Source of the DNA: Dicyema japonicum
Taxonomy: Eukaryota; Animalia; Dicyemida
DNA length: 64,000 nucleotides
Direction: 5' to 3'
NCBI GenBank assembly: GCA_011109175.1
Contig: RDEW01000053.1
Span: 1 to 64,000 of the forward strand
Positions 1 through 13,224 of the stretch are shown piece by piece. A program made the position numbers and the translations under genes. The number at the start of each line of letters is the position of its first letter. Position 1 is the stretch's first letter. Under the pieces are notes generated by a model that was not told the origin of the DNA, ran no database searches, and saw only the letters and a program-made list of their open reading frames with translations.

Positions 1-354
1 AGTCAAAAAGGGATTGAGTTCACATCAGTTTGATTCAAAGAAAGTGGACAAATATGTCCCCCATCGTCATCTCTACGGATATTTCAAGTGGAGACCAACT
101 CAGGTTTTTTCATCTTTTCCTCTCGTCAACATAACATTTTTAGAAACTGGAACAAATAGACCTCATGTTCTGTGAGGAATTAACAGTTAAATTCAACCCA
201 AGAAGACTTATAACGTCAACCAGCCACGATAGGAATATCCTTGGGGATCCAATAAACATGGTAAATAGTTCCTTTTATTATGTGACTTGACCACGGGTTA
301 CCTATTGGCAACTCAGATTAACTTGAATTAATTTCATTATTGATTTATTAACTG

Positions 355-3313
355 AGGTGGTGACGTGCCTCTCTCGCACAAGATGTCTTCTTCATGCATT
401 CAATCTTCCCTGTTCACTATTGGATCATTCAATGTGAGAGGACTAATATACAACACTTATGTGCGGACCTCCAACGATATGGAATATTTGTATGCTGTCT
501 CCAGGAAACTAAAGTCCCCAATGGCCTGGATGTAAACAATGAACGGGCACCAACTGCTCCTGTTGCCGTCAGACTGCAAACATTATGGGATGGGGTTCGC
601 TAAACGCGTGGACGCAGCTGTGGTGGCTCATAGAGCATGGAGTATCAACGACAGGATTGCCATCTTCCAACTACGTTTCGGAAACAACCGTAATACTACT
701 CTATCGATTATCAATGTATATGCACCGACCACAGTGGGGGCATCCGCCAACGCAGAGGAATTTGACAATTTCTACTCGATCTTATCATCGGCTTACTCCT
801 CCCTATCCAGATCCTACATGGTCTTTATAGCGGGAGACTGGAATTCAAAAGTGGGTCGAATCAAATTGCCTGGGCAGTCACGCTCAAGGGAACAGAAATC
901 TGTCCGGGTAAACCCTTAAACATTTCTGCGAATCTTTTGGATTATTCCTTTTATAACACGGCGTTCCGACATGCAGCGCGACATACTACGACGTGGACAG
1001 GGCAGAGGAGAGACTCCTGTGGAAATCGAGTTCACATATTAAACCAAATCGACTACATACTATGCAGGCAAACACAGAAGAGGCTACTCACGGACTCCCG
1101 AACGTACAGTGGCATGATGACCTCGAGTGATCACAGACTACTAGTGGCACGTCTCATCCTAAAGCGGCGCTTTGGAATTTCTGGAGCATTGGCAGCTCTT
1201 ACACGGAGCAGGACCTTGGCCGTGGAAGCTCTATGTGCTTCCGACAATACCCGTAAAAAATACGGCGAGAAAATATCGAACCTGTTGGAAAATGTCGACA
1301 GAATATGTCACCGGGCTGCTACGGAAGAATATTTCTATCAGAGTCAAGCAGCCTGCTAGAAATCGCCCAAGGAGGTTCAAGGGAATTTTTGACAAAGAAA
1401 TAGAAAAACTGTCAAAAAACCAAAGGAAACTCCGATTCTTAATTGTCAAACTCGACAAGCCAAATTGACTCTCATAAATAGAACGCAACATAATCAAATA
1501 CAAAATAAAGAGAAGAGTGAGGGAACTACCCGGCATACACTGGATAACTTGGCAAAAGACGCCGAATGGTACAAACATGGTGCATGAATGTTTGCTGCGG
1601 TTAAACAATTATCCCACAATACCAGACCGTAAAGAATCACAATTCTTGATGATACAGGAAAAGTGATAATCAACGGCGAGGAATCAGCAAATAAAATTGC
1701 CGCTTTCTACAAAAAACTACTAAATCTCAATGAACACTTGGAACCGTTCGAAGGAATTCCTAGAGACTTGAATCAAAGCATCACGCGTTACGAAGTTATT
1801 TCAGCCTTGAGCAAGCTGAAAAATGGCAGAGCCCGGGACCAGACAACGTGAGTGCAGAATTATTAAAATACGCGCCGGACAGAGTGGTTGAGTTGATCTG
1901 CACAGTCCTGAACAGGAAATTCGAATGTCACAGCCCATTTGATGCGGGGAGTGCCACCTTAATCCCAATTCAGAAACCTGGAAAGGAGAAGGGAAATCTA
2001 AGCAGTCTACGCCCGATTACACTAATGAATACGATAAGGAAAATGCTCTCCTTGTTGTGCTGGATCGTACTTCAGGCCTGTAAATGAGTTCCTAAACCCA
2101 AGTCAAAGTGGATTCAGACCTGGAAGGTCGACGGCAGACGTTATATGGAGCCACAGGTGGATATGTGCAATGTGGCAGAAACACAAAGAAGAAACCTCAA
2201 TCCTTGGAATTGACTTATGCGGTGCTTTCGACATTATCAACCGCAAGAAGCTAATGCACGTACTGGAGAGTATTGTAGACGAGGATGCATCACGTATGAT
2301 AGGATTTTTACTCTCCAACACATCGCTATCTGTGCGCGTGGGAAATTACAACTCGACAAGATTTATAACCGACACCGGCCCACAACAGGGAGACTCGTTA
2401 TCCCCTGTCCTATTCATAATATACCTGGAGGCAGCTCGAAGACCTCTCAGGAAAAAGAATAGTTTCTCTAACGTGATGGAAGCAATCTACGCCGATGATA
2501 TTGATTTCGTCTGCCGAGATAGGGATACGGTGGAAACTATACTAAAAGTGATCCCTCAAGGCTTGGAGGACTGGTCCTTGGTAGTAAACCCAGACAAAAC
2601 GGAAAGAATTAGCATATCCCATTGCACGACGAGAAACTAGGAAAAGTGGAGAACATGAAAGAAAGTTGGGTATCTCCTCGGGGACTCGGAGGACGTTATT
2701 CACAGGAAAGTTCTGGCGGTTGCTTCTTTCAAAAAATTGTGGGCGATCTGGATACGACGAAAGTAAATAGACACTCACCTTCGAATTCGGTTGTACAACT
2801 CCTTTATCGAACCAATTCTACTTTATAACGCGGGGACCTAGAGCCTAACCACCAAAGAACTGAAAAACCTCAACTCTTTCCACAGAAAACAACTGCGACT
2901 TCTTCTGGGAGTCTACTGGCCAAACCGGATAACCAACAACGAGCTATATAGAATTACTCAAACAACTAAGATTGGGAATAAAGTTACTTCTGCGAAATGG
3001 CAGCTCTTTCGACATATCCTAAGAGCTTCTGAAATGGCACCGGCCAATCAAGCCATGGAATTATATTTTTCTGTATTAAACAAAACAACGTATCGAGGTC
3101 GACAAAGAACAACGTTGCCGTCGACGCTCGACAAAGAACTCACTTGCATAGGAAGAAAACTGAAAACAGGAGAGGATCTGGATGATCTGAGGGCGGATGC
3201 GAAAAACGGGAGAATGGAAACGACTCACAGCGCGTGTCCAGAGATTCATGGCAAAAGTGGAATCTCAAATTAGTCAACTTTTCTGGTTCCGCGGATATTG
3301 CTAATAATAATAA
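355..3313 (+). mobile_element. RTE-like non-LTR retrotransposon, near full length, frameshifted
   Basis: APE motifs (LQETK, NVYAPT, GDWNSKVG, IDYIL, SSDHRL), RT motifs (QGDSLSP, YADD), C-terminal RGRQRTTLP, (TAA)4 tail at 3302-3313; no ORF1. Confidence 0.9.
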
Positions 3314-3374
3314 GTTACCGGAGTCGACCCAGATGCCGTAATCGCGGAAGGAGGTACAAGGTCTCGTATCTCGG

Positions 3375-4595
3375 ATGAGGCAGCATCATTTGTTATGTCG
3401 AACTAACATTGATATCTCTGAAAATCTGTCGAAACCTGAAAGTGATTTGATCAGCGAATTCCTTCCAAGGATAAGGGACCAGTCTTTAATCAATTCCGTT
3501 ACTACGACGACGTCATCGAAGAAAAATTTGATATGCAACTCGCTAGATACATATATTTCAGTAACATTCATTTTGCTGCTGTAGAACATCCGGAATTTGT
3601 CCAATTCGTCCAAATGCTTCTTCCTGGGTATCGTTTACCCTCTCGTCATCAAATTGGTGGGCCATTGCTCGATCGTGTGTACGACCAAATACATGAAGAC
3701 TGTCAGCAAAGACTCCAGGACAAGACAGTGTCTATGATGTTGGACGGGTGGAGTAACATTCATAATGAACCTGTTATTTGTGTGTCAGTTGTAACATCGG
3801 ATGGAGAAAACTATCTGATTGACACTGTGGACACTTCTGGATATAGCCACACCGCGGAGTATCTTCAATCTGTTGCTTTAACCTTTGCAAAGTCCGCCGA
3901 GCAACGGTTTGGATGTAAAATCGGGAGTCTTGTAAGGGACAATGCTGCCAACATGACTAAAATGAGGCGGATAATGATCCTTCTCTCGAAGGATGTCGAA
4001 GTAGCTGACGTTAAAGAGACCATCGTAAGAATAAATAAACATTTGCGGCTGATTAAACCAATTGCTGTCGCTTTAGACAAAATTCAAAATGATTCTACGA
4101 CGATTAGTCATGCCGTAGAAATTTGGAAAGAACTTGAACAGACTTGAATGTACGACTACTTTAGAAAAAGTGAAAACTCAAGCAGATCAAGCATTAACAC
4201 CTTTCCGCTTACTTGCGAATCTAATGGACCCAACACGTTGTGGGAGATCTTTTTCAACTGCTAGATTGACCTCGCCTTGGAGAATTGTGCTGAACATCAT
4301 GCATATACTCTTCCGACTATGATTAATTTCAGAGAAAAAGCTGATCATTCAAACTATACATGTTCGCTCCGTATTTATTGAGCAAAGTATCACCTATAGC
4401 TTAATGGGAGTCGAACTCTTACCTTCTGAAGTAATTTCACTCTGCCAAAAAATTTTTGGAGTAGTTGCTTCCGCAGGTGGAATAGAACGAATTTTTTGAC
4501 CTTTGGATTCTTATTACATTCAAATGTACGAAATAGGCTGGGAATTAAAAAAGCTGCCAAACTTGTATTTGTTTACAAGTTTCTAAATAAATAAA
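3375..4595 (+). mobile_element. hAT transposase relic (DUF659-type)
   Basis: VEHPEFVQFVQMLLPGYRLPSR, MMLDGWSN catalytic motif, and a hAT dimerisation-like C-terminus near 4480-4590; broken by stops. Confidence 0.85.
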
Positions 4596-5066
4596 TACGA
4601 TTTCCATTGTTTTTATTTTTATTTTACTTTGTTTCCAAATAAAAATCACTCAATTCAAAAAATCCTGTTAAATCAAAAAAATCAGATTTTTTCATAAAAA
4701 TCATGAATTCGGCTAATCAAAGGACCTTTTCAAGATCAAAAAATGTGATAGGCTGCCCATGCGTAACGCGCCTCCCATGTCACATGTTATTCGCTGAGTA
4801 AAATACAGGCACATTAAGATAACTCCGCGAGGAAGTGAAAAACAATTTGGAAAAAACCATGGATCTTTAACCTATCGGATCCTCTAAGGTTAGAAAAAAG
4901 ACCTTTGTTTGAATAAACTCATGTAAAAATTAATTTGCTTACACTGGTCACAGAATTACAATCCCCCACAGAATCGGTGGTAGTGTAAAAAAAACTTATC
5001 TGTTATTATGCTATTATATTAACCCACATGGCCATTTATATGTTAGAATACGAGAATTTTTTAAAG

Positions 5067-5410
5067 CAGGAGTTCCCAACCGGAGGTGCTCGAAGAAAAA
5101 TTTAGGGCGTGCAAGATTTTAAAAATTTATGGTTAAATTTTTTGCACTTCAAATAGAATTCCAGAATTGTACATTGGAGGAGTTTGGGAGTTCAGTGATG
5201 AAAATGTATATTCTCTATAATCTTAAACGGCTTTATATGAAATTTTTACATTTGCAATGACAAACTTGTGTGAATCATGATTCAACTCTCTTTTGGTAGT
5301 TAAAAATAAAATCGCCTGAATTTAGAACAAACATTCTTATTGCGATTAGCAACAAAATTTCAAGATTCGACAAATTTATTAAAAATAAACAAGAACAAAA
5401 AAGCCATTTT
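5067..5410 (+). mobile_element. Charlie-like hAT fragments
   Basis: caggagttcccaac TIR-like start; the 3' end translates to ...SRFDKFIKNKQEQKSH, resembling Charlie/ZBED transposase ends. Confidence 0.5.
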
Positions 5411-5419
5411 TGATGAGAT

Positions 5420-7000
5420 GGTGACGTGCCTCGTTTCTTAATTGGATAACAGTTGAGAAAAAATGTCTAAAAAGCAAGGGGTACAAAGGGATGCACCTCG
5501 TCTAAAGCTCCTTACGTTCAACGCTAGAGGCTTATCTACGACCTGGTCGAGGAAGATTCTCTGTGATGACCTGGAGAGATACGACGTATCCATTGGGTGC
5601 CTACAAGAGACGAAAGTTACTTGAGCCTTGATGAGAACTATGCCGAATATCGAATAATATGTCTACTAAGCGACTCAAAATATTATGGACTTGGATTTGG
5701 CATCCACTTAAAGTTGACATGTGCAGTCCACCGTATATGAAGTGTGAATGACAGGATCTGTGTTATACAAATCCGTCTTAACGACTTCCTCCTTCGAAGA
5801 GCTCTCTGACAATTGTAAATGTTTATGCGCCACACTGCGGGAGAGTAGCGAAAGATCCGACAGAACTAGAAGACTTATATTCAGCACTGTTACGGACGTA
5901 CAACGAATATGAGTCGTCATCATAATACTCATTGCTGGGGATTTGAATGCGAAAATCGGGATGAAGAATAACCCGGATGATGTTTTCTTGGGAGAACATG
6001 GACGTGGAATAAGAAACCTACCCGGAACAATACTTGGTAACTTTTGTATGGTAAACAACCTTTTCCTATGCAATACTGCATTTACGCATCCTGCCTGCCA
6101 CAAAACTACGTGGATGGGGAAGCGAAGGAACTCAGAGGGAAAGCTGGTTCCAATATACAACCAAATAGATTATTTTATATGCCGGGCTATAGACAAACAC
6201 CTTCTAGTAAATGCACGTTCATATGAAGGCTCAACGACTGTCAGCGACCACAAGATAATTATTGCGACCTTCACCCTGAAAAAACATGCCATCAAATACA
6301 AGAATGCCAAAAATCACGATTTTGAGAAAATCAGAGGCGTCTACGAGACTGAAAGGCTGATTTCCTAACCGGAGACTACTGAGAAATATCAACTCATGTG
6401 CAGTACGTATTGGTGGATACCTTGTTAGAAAATGCGTGGAAACGCACAAAGGACACCATCAACGAACCTGCTGAGGCATGTCCTTGCAAATGGGAGAATA
6501 TTAAATTGCACCTGAAGGCTATTCACCCAAATGTTCCTAAGCTTGCGAAAAGTTTAAAAGAAATAAACATGAGAAAATCAAATGCTATTGACGCTAATAC
6601 GAGAAAATCCCTGCAGGGCGAAAGGCAACGTGTCAGAAGAAAAATAAAAAGTCTGAACAAGAAGCTTTTCGTTTAAGAAATAGCTTTTTGTATAGAAGAG
6701 GTAGATCAAAGTGAAAGACAACGCACAGGTGTACGTCGCTGCTCGTTTGCTGCCGCGAACAAACCGAAGTCGACTAACCATAAAAGACGAGAAGGGTATG
6801 CTGATACTGAACAGCGAAGAATAAACTGAAGCCATCGCGGCTCACTTTGAGAAGCTTTTCAACATCAAAACCATGGAAATCCACCCATTTTATGGAAGGT
6901 ACCAATCACGGAGATACCAATCAAGACTGGAGATACCAATCACGCTCGAAGAAATCAAAACGGCCTGCCGAAAACTCAAGAATAACAGAAGTCCAGGACA
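5420..7000 (+). mobile_element. RTE-like LINE, 5' part (APE and linker)
   Basis: Same ggtgacgtgcctc 5' motif as the copy at 359; LQETK, GDLNAKIG, YNQIDY, VSDHK; 6575-7000 is nearly identical to 47400-47800. Confidence 0.9.
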
Positions 7001-7019
7001 AAATAGATTCCGACTAAAG

Positions 7020-7120
7020 AAAATCTTTTGGTCGCCCTCATTCCATTGAAAAGGTTCCCACAACTGCGAGGACTCGATGTTTCCTACCCTTTCAGATGGT
7101 TCTGGACGTTCCTTCCTTAA
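7020..7120 (-). mobile_element. CRE-like RLE retroelement fragment
   Basis: Reverse complement shares gtcct(c)gcagttgtgggaac..tggaatg with 9608-9645. Confidence 0.45.
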
Positions 7121-7570
7121 TGAGATTTTTTGGAAAACAAAAAAATCTTAGTAAAAATAATCACCAGACATTCATTGGTACTTTCTTCGGATTCTTGGTA
7201 AAATATGATTTTACCTTATTTAAAATCATATGCTATAGAGCTATATTTGGGAATTCCACAGGAAACATACACACAAACTTATATAATGTAGCATCGTATC
7301 TGTCCACCACCAGATTCCTGGTGGTAGTTTCTAAAATGCCATGCTGTAGGCTTCGTATCTGGCCAATGGTATCTTAAACCATGGTCATTCAAAAGCCATC
7401 GTCAAATTATACTTAATTGCATACATAAATACAAGAAATAAAGGTTACACTAATGAGTTCTTGAAAGGTAACAACAAGAACAAAAAAAGAAACACGCAAT
7501 TAATTGATTATTTTTTAAATTAATAATTTTTTAATTAAAATATTATAAAATAGTCAAAAGTTATTCAAAC

Positions 7571-8500
7571 TATGGCACTCCACAGGGAGACCCATTATCA
7601 CCTATACTTTTTGTCATATACCTTGAAGCTGCTTTACGGGAGTCAAAACCGATAATGAGTGAAAAGACAAACATTATTGCGTATGCTGACGACGTAGACT
7701 TTACTTCAAACGACAAAATACCGCTCACCCGCTTGATGGAAGAAGTGTCTGGAAGACTAGCCGAATGGTTCCTAACAGTAAATCCGGACAAGACTGACGT
7801 AACTGAACTCAAGAGGGAAGAAACAAGGACAGAGGAGTACTGGCGCAAATGCAAAAAGCTTGGCTCCCTCCTAGGAGACCATGAAGAAATTACGAGAAGG
7901 AAAACCCTAGCACAAACTGCCCTCTCCAGATTAAAGAACATCTGGCTTCACAAAAAAGGCCTTGACATTATAACAAAAACTCGATTATACAACTCGCTAG
8001 TGAAACCCATACTACTATATAACGCTGGTACCTGGGCCTGCTCAAGAAATGAACTGAAGAGGCTTAATGCGTTTCATAGAGACCAACTACGGCATATGAT
8101 GTTTGAAAGAAGTGATACGAGGATGTCATCTAATCTTCTCTATAAGAGGACGAAGACCTCAGAAATTTCTAATGAGATTCTGGATACACGATGGAGGCTT
8201 TTCGGCCATATTCTGCGACTGGACCTAGATGCCCCCGCGAACGTAGCCATGGAGGATTACTTCATGTTGGGGGCCCCCCGTTTCCGTGGTCGCCCAAGGA
8301 CGACACTGGCAGTCGTTCTCGACGAGGACCTTAAAGAAATGGGACGGCATCTTGCAAGTGGAGAGGATCTGGACTGGTTTGCGCGCTGCGGCTATGAATA
8401 GGAGGAAGTGGATGAAACTAACCAGTGATTTGCTAACTCGTGTTGCACATGCTTTGTCAATTCCTATGACATAGCGATAAGTGCTTATAATAATAATATT
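7571..8500 (+). mobile_element. RTE-like LINE, 3' part (RT)
   Basis: TPQGDPLSP, YADD, WRLFGHILR, RGRPRTTL, (TAA)n tail near 8487-8498. Confidence 0.9.
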
Positions 8501-8744
8501 CAAACTATATTTTTGTGATGTATTCACTTTGATAACCTTTTTTAATGTGGAATCTTTCAGAGTTGGAGAATCAACCAAACACTTGAAGTTGAAAGCGCAA
8601 AAAATCACAACAATAGCAAGTCTTAGTTTAGATTGCGGATGAAGTTGATTAGATTGAAACACTTCCCAGTAATACAGTCCGACCTCGATTTGGAACGGAC
8701 CTCGGGGCTGGAACAACCCCAGTTTTTGGAACACTTTGTTAATT

Positions 8745-9400
8745 GGGAAATTTAAAAATCCTAGATGTATCAGAAATTTTGTCCCAGAGGATTATGGTGC
8801 TATGTACTCGTCATCCAGAAATGCCTGCATGACAAGAGATATTTTTAATCAACTGTTATTTTAAATAAATGAACGAATAAAAATTGAAAAGAGAAAAATT
8901 CTAATCCTCTCCGTGTCATGAAGATAAATGCTACTCAAATTTCGAATTGCTTTTTTTACAAAAAAAATACAACTCCAATTCTTCAACCATTTGAAAATGG
9001 AATAATCAAAACTTTTGAAAATAATTATTCGAAGGCGTAGATCGAATTTGTATGTAGTACAGACGAAGAAGATTTTTTTGCGAATCATTTAAAAAAATTA
9101 ATTTACGCCAATCATTGATACGCCAATTATAGTATCGAAATCTTTGCAAAATATATCCTGTGAAATAATTAAAAATTGCTTGGATAACCTTTCGCGATGA
9201 AATACCTGTTGTGTCTGATAATCTGACGGATGATGTTATAGAACAAATTGTAGACGAGGTTTTGGAAAGTCCGGAAAGCAGCGATAATAAAGAAATTTTT
9301 TATTATGGTATGCAAAATAAAAAACGACGATCAAAGAAGTAGTAAAAAATTAATAAATTGAAAGAATCAGTTCTAGATATTGCTCCAAGTTCGTTAAAGG
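8745..9400 (+). mobile_element. pogo/Tigger-like (DDE_1) transposase relic
   Basis: GKFKNPRC..., NACMT..IF, KNTTPILQPFENGIIKTF motifs; frameshifted. Confidence 0.75.
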
Positions 9401-9479
9401 ATTTTACTGCTTCAGACAAAATTTATACTTTTGAAATCGATTCAGCTATGGTTAGAGTGCAAAGATCCTGTAAGTGAGA

Positions 9480-9780
9480 CAAATTTTAACCATCACGTGG
9501 AGCCATACTAATTATGAAGGTTATTTGATACTGATAACGAGGACTTCATTAAGTGTCTCAAATACCCGGGCCTCACCAAACTCTGGATACCAGCCGCTAT
9601 ACTCCATCCAGTCCTGCAGTTGTGGGAACTTCCAGTGGAATGGGGGAAGGGTCTTCGACCAAGTTGACAGTGAGGTTAATCGAACAAACCCCTGTTATTC
9701 CTTATTGAATGACATCATGACCAAGTATCACAGGGGATGGATGGAAATATCAACGATTACACAAACAACTTTGTTCTAAC
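9480..9780 (+). mobile_element. CRE-like RLE retroelement 3' fragment (degenerate)
   Basis: PAVVGTSSGMGEG resembles the P.A.ETSG..G motif of the better-preserved copies; homologous to 7020-7120. Confidence 0.45.
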
Positions 9781-9864
9781 AAACTTCTGAAAATGGTTAC
9801 CCAATTTTTTTCTATGGGAGGAAGTGGAGGCAAATTCGGACTATAATTATAGGGAACTTTTAAA

Positions 9865-10070
9865 TTAAATTTATTGAACCAGAAAAACACTTTCATAGTC
9901 AGAATAAAAAAAATTCAGGTTACCTCGGCCACCCTCAGCAGGACTTCATGTAAACTCAACAGCTTCTCATCAAACCGTCAGAGTAACCTGATAAACTCAT
10001 CGTGCTAGGACCAATAGCGCCAGACGTCTCACTGGAAATCAGCTGGAAAGCGAACAGGTCCGCTATGCCG
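9865..10070 (-). mobile_element. Tc1-like 5' fragment joined to a CRE-like fragment
   Basis: 9870-9925 resembles 62843-62895; 9960-10060 translates to ETSGAIGPST on the minus strand. Confidence 0.45.
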
Positions 10071-10599
10071 TGGTAGTAACTAAACAAAATAACTTCTAAA
10101 TAATCTATCCATCAATGGTACTAGTGCATTATAGTACCTCTAAAGCAATTATAGTGCCCCTTAAGTAATTACAGTACCCTCTAAGTAATTTTTCTTATTT
10201 TGCTAAAATTAATATTTTTAGCGCTAATAGGTTTGTTTAAGTGCTAGAAACAACTTGCTCCACTCATCACTCTAAATCACCGTGAGACTGGCGCTGCAAG
10301 GGACAAAAAAGGGGACCTAGACATCGCCCCCCTTTACGGAAGAAAAGGAAATTTCTAATTTTGTCTAAAAACTGATTGGAGGCCTATGATAGTCTCGTCC
10401 ATTTATTTGATTTTCTGCCTTTATGTTCTTGTCTATCTCTCTGTTCAGTTCTTGTATTTTCCAGATGATCTCTTCTATTGGCGATTTTACCATTCTCTGA
10501 TCAGATGTTTCGTCGTTGTGTTGAAACGTTATGATGACGTAAGTTGCCTCCCCATAGGAATGTACATCCTTTTCTCAGCGTTTATGGTGGAGTTGAACC

Positions 10600-11058
10600 A
10601 TTTTACTAATTGTTCGACGGTGGAAGGAGTGGAGAATTTTAATAGTCCACTGCAATTATCGACAATCGGGCGCAACACCTTCTTACTACAAAAAATTTAC
10701 AGACAATACATACGGCCAGTAATCGAATACTCATGTCCTTCCTGGAGCTTGATGATTTCTGAATCGTCGTCTCAAAAATTAGAAGCCGCACAATTTGCTG
10801 CCTTGAAAATAATTAATAAGAAAACTGTGGAAAACGTATTGAATGTTAGAGAACACCTAAGGTGGAGAGTGAAGTCATTTCTACAGTGGGCAATGAAAAC
10901 CGGCTGTCCGCTTTCACTTTCTATATCTGACTATCTAGAAAATGCGGGGAATCTATTAAGAATAAGACCGTCCCCGTTTTTTACCAATTCTGTTGGATCT
11001 TTGAGGACCCCGAACGCGAGCCAGAACCCGGAAAACCGGGATCACTTAGTTAGTAGTT
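10600..11058 (+). mobile_element. Jockey/I-like LINE 3' end
   Basis: IYRQYIRPVIEYSCPSW, KLEAAQFAALKII; ends in ccgggatcac(ttag)n-like tail. Confidence 0.8.
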
Positions 11059-11063
11059 AACTT

Positions 11064-12500
11064 TTAACTTTTTCTAATCCGGTGATCTTGGGGTAAAAAA
11101 TTATCGACGTAATCTTTGAATCCTCTCCAATTCGCAAGGCTGTAATTAGTAATCGTTGGACATTGTCGTTTTATCCGTGACCTCGTTTTGACCTCCAAAA
11201 ATATGGTATTGTGGACACTCCTGGTGTCATATTTCTCTGACCAGTCAATAAGAAGAGCCAAAGACTGTGATGGCAGATGTCGATAGAAGAAGGTTCATCG
11301 TTACGTCGAGTAGGTGTTATACATAGACTGTGGAGGTCTTCAATTATAATCTACCCCCTTTTGTCATAAGTATGTCCTGTCAGCCACAGTGGTAATTCCA
11401 TCAAATCTCCTTAATGATCCAAAGGGTCACCGAGGATCTACATGAGACTGGATGCAAAAAGTAACTTATAAAAATATACGGTAAATTAAAAAAAATAAAT
11501 ATTTAGAATTTAAATAAATTTAAATAAAACGTGTTCTTGTGTGATAATGTTGTCTTTTGATGATTCCTCTAATTTTTACATCCAAACGAAGGGAAATCTA
11601 AACCCAGAATTATTAATGAACACAGAAGGTCACTATTATTTAACAAAATTAAGATCTCCCATTGTTTAACTCAAATTCCTCGACTAAGGAATATAATCAG
11701 GAAGAATCGACCACCAATAGCCGTAAAAATGACCCCTTCTCTACAGCTTGGCTGGATATCGGCGACTTAATGGAGAATTTAAAGTTAGTGAGTGAGTCCT
11801 CCAACAAAGAAGAGTTAAAATTACACGTGGATAAGCCATCTTTCAACAAAATTGTAGATCTTTTACAGTAATTACTGTTTTTGACCTGTGCAGCATCGAG
11901 GATGACTTTTTGGAGAAGAATTCCTACGTGTTATGTGACCCTCTTAACGCTGACTGCGGAAGAATGCGGAAGCTTCTAAATTTTCGGTCCACGGATGAGG
12001 TTTCTATGTTTATGTACTTCAGGTGATGGAAAAGTCCGTTATGTCTTCGAATTTTGAGAAATACGACAACGTGGTTCCCTATATTCGTGGAGTCCGTGAA
12101 ATGAAGCGACAAAGACGAGTATTTATCTTTTGTGACTTTTCAGGCTGAGAGACAGACTACAAGGGAAAACGATGGTTCGGACTTCCTGCTCCAATTGTAT
12201 CTGAGGAGGCTGAGACTGACCTGAACATCATAAAGTATCGGAAAGCCCTCGCCGAACCTGGCCATTTCTACAAGGGGAACGACAGAAAGGACCTTCCGAA
12301 GTACTTCCAGGTTTGGAGGGATTGTTATCCCAGTTTGGGACGGTGTCGACTCTCCCAGCGATTTTGCTTCAGACCGACTTCCAAGGAAGCAGCGAAAGGG
12401 GACAATTGTAGAGGAGTTGCTGGAAAGTGAGGAGTTTAGAAAGTCCTTTTTTGTCTCTTAGTTTAGATCGAACAAGAAGTTCCATGAAATGAAGGAAAAG
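11064..12500 (-). mobile_element. Degenerate Jockey/I-like LINE (APE end and upstream region)
   Basis: Post-endonuclease motif NYSLANWRGFKDYVD, homologous to NYKKANWNDYSKYIE at about 40220. Confidence 0.55.
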
Positions 12501-12938
12501 AAGCTGCAAAGGATGAAAGGACGATTTAACAGAGCTAAAAAAGGAAAGAGTTGATTTTGTGAATTTTTGTTTTTGCAATCAATTAATAATGAAGTACTAT
12601 TCTAACTTATTTGGGAGACCATAATTCAGTAGAGTGGTTGCAAGTTAATGGGCATTTTTAGTTACATTAAGATAGATAAATCAGGGGATGGTGGAATGTT
12701 AGCTTCACTCTCAGTAGAAATGTCCGGTTTTATTACGCCCTTGACGCTTGAATTCCTGAGTCAATTTCCTTAGGCTAGTAATCCTGAGATAATAGCCCGC
12801 AGTCAGATTCTACTGTATGCTATAGCGCATAATTAAATGATTTAAGAAATTTAATTTTATTGTCTTTTTAAATAATTTTTTATTTTGTTTTCTTTTATTT
12901 CATTCATGTGTGAGATACCATAACGATGACCTTCCATA

Positions 12939-13222
12939 AGTAATCAAAAATTAGCCTTTTTCTACAACATTGCTTAAACTTCTTGATTATGCCTGCATCC
13001 ATTGGTTGAAAATGAGCAGTTGTGATTCTGGAAGTAATAAAATTTCAATGTTATCAAAGATTTTGTTAAAGCATTATCAACCAAAAATGAACTTTTTTCC
13101 GTAACATTTTAATTCATCAAAATTCCAAGTAATCAAAAATTAGCCTTTTTCTACAACATTGCTTAAACTTCTTGATTATTATCAACCAAAAATAAACTTT
13201 TTCCGTAACATTTTAATTCATC
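12939..13222. repeat. Two interleaved direct repeats (A..B, A-B)
   Basis: About 52-bp block agtaatcaaaaattagcc...cttgattat at 12939 and 13127; about 46-bp block attatcaaccaaaaat...aattcatca at 13073 and 13178. Confidence 0.85.
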
Positions 13223-13224
13223 AC

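Noticed and set aside
7570-7941. Antisense ORFs over LINE RT regions (also 47495-48022, 20062-20319, 59160-59411 and others)
   Set aside because: They are shadows of the coding frame on the opposite strand.
10119-10193. Short tandem repeat of about 20 bp
   Set aside because: Real but only 3-4 degenerate units, with no functional cue.
10386-10700. Membrane protein suggested by the hydrophobic start of ORF 10386-11060
   Set aside because: T-rich sequence running into a LINE RT fragment.
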